Shown piece by piece: positions 62,401-64,000 of a stretch of 64,000 bases of DNA. Origin of the DNA: Phoronis australis (lineage: Eukaryota > Animalia > Phoronida). The stretch covers positions 65,728 to 129,727 of the forward strand of contig NMRA01000226.1 of NCBI GenBank assembly GCA_002633005.1, read 5' to 3'. The notes beneath the pieces are model-generated. The model did no database searches. It saw only the letters and a list, made by a program, of their open reading frames with translations, and had not been told where the DNA came from. A program made the position numbers and the translations under genes. Numbering within the stretch: the first letter of the stretch is position 1; the number at the start of each line of letters is the position of its first letter.

Positions 62401-63831
62401 GAGGTTTTCCAGATTTTCAGTAGATTGATTGTCAGCCTTCACTTTCTTATCAATTTGCCCTCGGTTTACGGACATTTGTTTCTTTAGTCGCTAAGATTAT
62501 TAATCTTGTCATCAATGTTAAAGATCTTGATTAGTAACTTAATAACAGGCTAACATCTAATACAACAAGTTTATTTGTCTCTTACATTCTACTGAAAACC
62601 CAGCAATCAGCACAGTCACCTTTGTTTTAGGTCCACATACGATCCATGCCCAAGGTTTAACAAGAAGACTCTTACTTGCTACTGGTACTCTAACTCGTTG
62701 GCACCATGTCCAACCGATGAGGCTGTGTTGGTCGAGCAAACATACAATATAAGGGTGAACGCGACCAACGTTTTTGGTACAACAACAAGCGTGTCACGTC
62801 TTTACCCAAGGAATTTTGGTGAGCCATTTTCTTTGTTTGCTCATTTGCAAAATTATTGTCCTCAAAATATCGGTTTAACAGATGAAACGTTAGTGTACCT
62901 GAGCCAGAAGTTTAATCACTTGGCAGGTACTTGATTCAGCTCACATCACATCAGTTAGGCACGTTGCAAGACAACGTTCTGAAGACCCAATTTTTTGTGA
63001 GAGAAGAAGCATGATCTCTCAAGACGTTGCAAAATCAGGCGAGAGGCGAGTGTTTCGTAAGTGCTCGGGAGCAAAATGGTGGACACTGAAGTGACTGGCC
63101 GGTGAAGTTGGAGTGTTGCATTATGGGATAGAATTCACCATTCTTTCACCTCAATAGCCCAGATTTTGTCAATGTTATTGTTTCTAACCATGTGCTTTTG
63201 GACAGTGTGATGGAAGACTGAGATTTAATGGGTGCATATGTTTTAACCTAAGTTGTTATTTTTAGACCCATTTTTGATGCTTAAAAGGTTCATTGTAGAT
63301 GCAATAAAAGTGAATGTTTGAAAATTCTGTTTCAGGAAAAATCAAATTATGCTGAAGTTTCAGTACCCTTAATCGAGGTTGTTTATGGCATAAGCCAACC
63401 TAATCTTGCGGGAATTTCCATGCTTGGCCTGAAGTTGTCTTCACTTTCATATGACAGAAAGCTGGATACAGTTGAAATATGGAAACTGTGGTGGTCACTT
63501 GCAATTCGAGGAGCTTTTAAATTCATAACCTTTTGCCTGATCCGATGTATGAAGCCGGTTGTGCTTTTTACCACTCATGCAAAACATAGTGTAAGGTCAA
63601 AGCATTTCTGATAATTACTTTAATTTAAGCACCGTCATTGATTATTTTATCCACTACTGTCCGTTGCATCTTACAGTTAAGCCAAATCCTGTGACAAACC
63701 TGCAGATCGTCAACAAGGGTAGCAGAAATGTGACCTTGGCCTTTGACTTGGATTCCATTGTCTATACGAAACCCCATCGAGTGGATGCGCACTACACTTC
63801 CAAGTTTCACTCTGGAATTGTCACCAAGATG
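41384..63831 (+). CDS. Gene 2 (3'-partial): second gp130/Domeless-like class I cytokine receptor; exons 41384-41486, 44803-45105, 46729-46849, 62631-62818, 63677-63831
   Basis: Five exons join in frame (phases 1,1,2,1, exit 0). Signal peptide, Ig domain, then GLPPGKAELSCVVMNYLDMEC and VKPNPVTNL, resembling gp130 GLPPEKPKNLSCIVNEGKKMRC and VKPNPPHNL (recalled from knowledge). Confidence 0.85.
42093..43112 (+). mobile_element. Non-autonomous TIR DNA transposon (Tc1/mariner/pogo-like ends)
   Basis: Imperfect 21 bp TIR ccgtatttgctcaaataagcg / cgcttattagggcgaatatgg, flanked by CA and TA; related pieces at ~52610-53290 (+) and 55101-55670 (-). Confidence 0.68.
43326..43500 (+). mobile_element. Degenerate tRNA-derived SINE
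   Basis: A box TGGCTCAGTGG, decayed B box (GGCTATAATCC). Confidence 0.5.
44803..45105 (+). CDS. Gene 2 exon: Ig-like domain
   Basis: IDPTNAYLVYGSNVNLTC...LELTNVTLASKGAYSC...VVNNIG; canonical Ig cysteines and GxYxC; phase 1-1 exon. Confidence 0.88.
46729..46849 (+). CDS. Gene 2 exon: cytokine-binding module domain 1, first cysteine pair
   Basis: ttacag acceptor, gtaatg donor; LPPGKAELSCVVMNYLDMECTAEMTDTLNTVVTMEYKVIAR. Confidence 0.85.
47604..49603. mobile_element. Non-autonomous hAT-type DNA transposon, 2000 bp
   Basis: Perfect 15 bp TIR CAGGGACTCATCTAG / CTAGATGAGTCCCTG; perfect 8 bp TSD ATCCCTTG at 47596-47603 and 49604-49611. Confidence 0.9.
49945..50480 (-). repeat. Composite dispersed repeat, inverted partner of 35130-36120
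   Basis: Reverse-complement similarity (both translate as LEYWE.HFGHP..EILDKG). Confidence 0.65.
52610..53290 (+). mobile_element. Internal fragment related to 42093-43112
   Basis: Collinear similarity with ~42290-42860. Confidence 0.65.
55101..55670 (-). mobile_element. Partial copy of the same TIR element with a HIRAN-like coding remnant
   Basis: Terminus taccatattcaccctaat; minus-strand DKYTVSVLKGQTIVGHVPREICKSF. Confidence 0.62.
55680..56030 (-). repeat. Dispersed repeat, copy of 6340-6700
   Basis: Reverse-complement similarity to 6340-6700. Confidence 0.7.
59038..60662 (+). mobile_element. Helentron/DINE-1-like element, copy 2
   Basis: Same termini and subrepeats as 2211-3545, more degenerate. 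Confidence 0.75.
60661..60780. repeat. ~30 bp tandem repeat (ttttgatttgtttgcaaactagaggtcatt) x4 between two Helentron-like copies
   Basis: Direct inspection; one diverged unit recurs at 62321-62350. Confidence 0.9.
60776..62321 (+). mobile_element. Helentron/DINE-1-like element, copy 3 (head-to-tail with copy 2)
   Basis: Same termini; (GTCC)n tract; ~452 bp higher-order repeat evident (61143 vs 61595, 61303 vs 61755). Confidence 0.78.
62631..62818 (+). CDS. Gene 2 exon: cytokine-binding module domain 1, second cysteine pair
   Basis: ttttag acceptor, gtgagc donor; STYDPCPRFNKKTLTCYWYSNSLAPCPTDEAVLVEQTYNIRVNATNVFGTTTSVSRLYPRNF (YxIxVxAxNxxG motif). Confidence 0.88.
63677..63831 (+). CDS. Gene 2 exon: first half of cytokine-binding FN3 domain 2
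   Basis: ttacag acceptor, gtatgt donor; VKPNPVTNLQIVNKGSRNVTLAFDLDSIVYTKPHRVDAHYTSKFHSGIVTKM. Confidence 0.85.
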
Positions 63832-64000
63832 GTATGTGTACTAGATGGGAGATCCTTTTTTGTGGGGATTTGTATAGCATTTAGTGCCACACAGCACGAT
63901 CAAACTTAACTGAGCAGAGAACGCCTGACCGGAAACTACTCAACCCTTCTAGTCCCAGACAAGTGTGAAGCTCCAACCCTAGTTGATGATTACTTGAGGC

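Overview
Eukaryotic, AT-rich animal genomic DNA. Marine invertebrate, possibly lophotrochozoan, is my inference from gene and repeat style. Most ORFs in the six-frame track are spurious. Manual splicing with GT-AG introns and consistent phases recovers two plus-strand genes in tandem, both of the class I cytokine receptor (gp130/Domeless-like, JAK-STAT) family. Gene 1 (849-21757) lacks its 5' part: a degenerate WSxWS half-domain, three FN3 domains, a TM helix, a Box1-like motif and a ~500 aa tail containing six ~37 aa repeats, each with a Y-K-x-R-V-N-R-type tyrosine motif. Gene 2 (41384-63831) lacks its 3' part: signal peptide, Ig domain and cytokine-binding module. Introns hold three Helentron/DINE-1-like elements with arrays of CTCF-consensus motifs about 150 bp apart, a Penelope GIY-YIG remnant with two U3-A8 minimal hammerhead-like motifs nearby, a 2.0 kb hAT-type element with an 8 bp TSD, HIRAN-bearing TIR elements, LINE and SINE fragments, and minisatellites. 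A spliced minus-strand transcript may lie between the two genes (low confidence).
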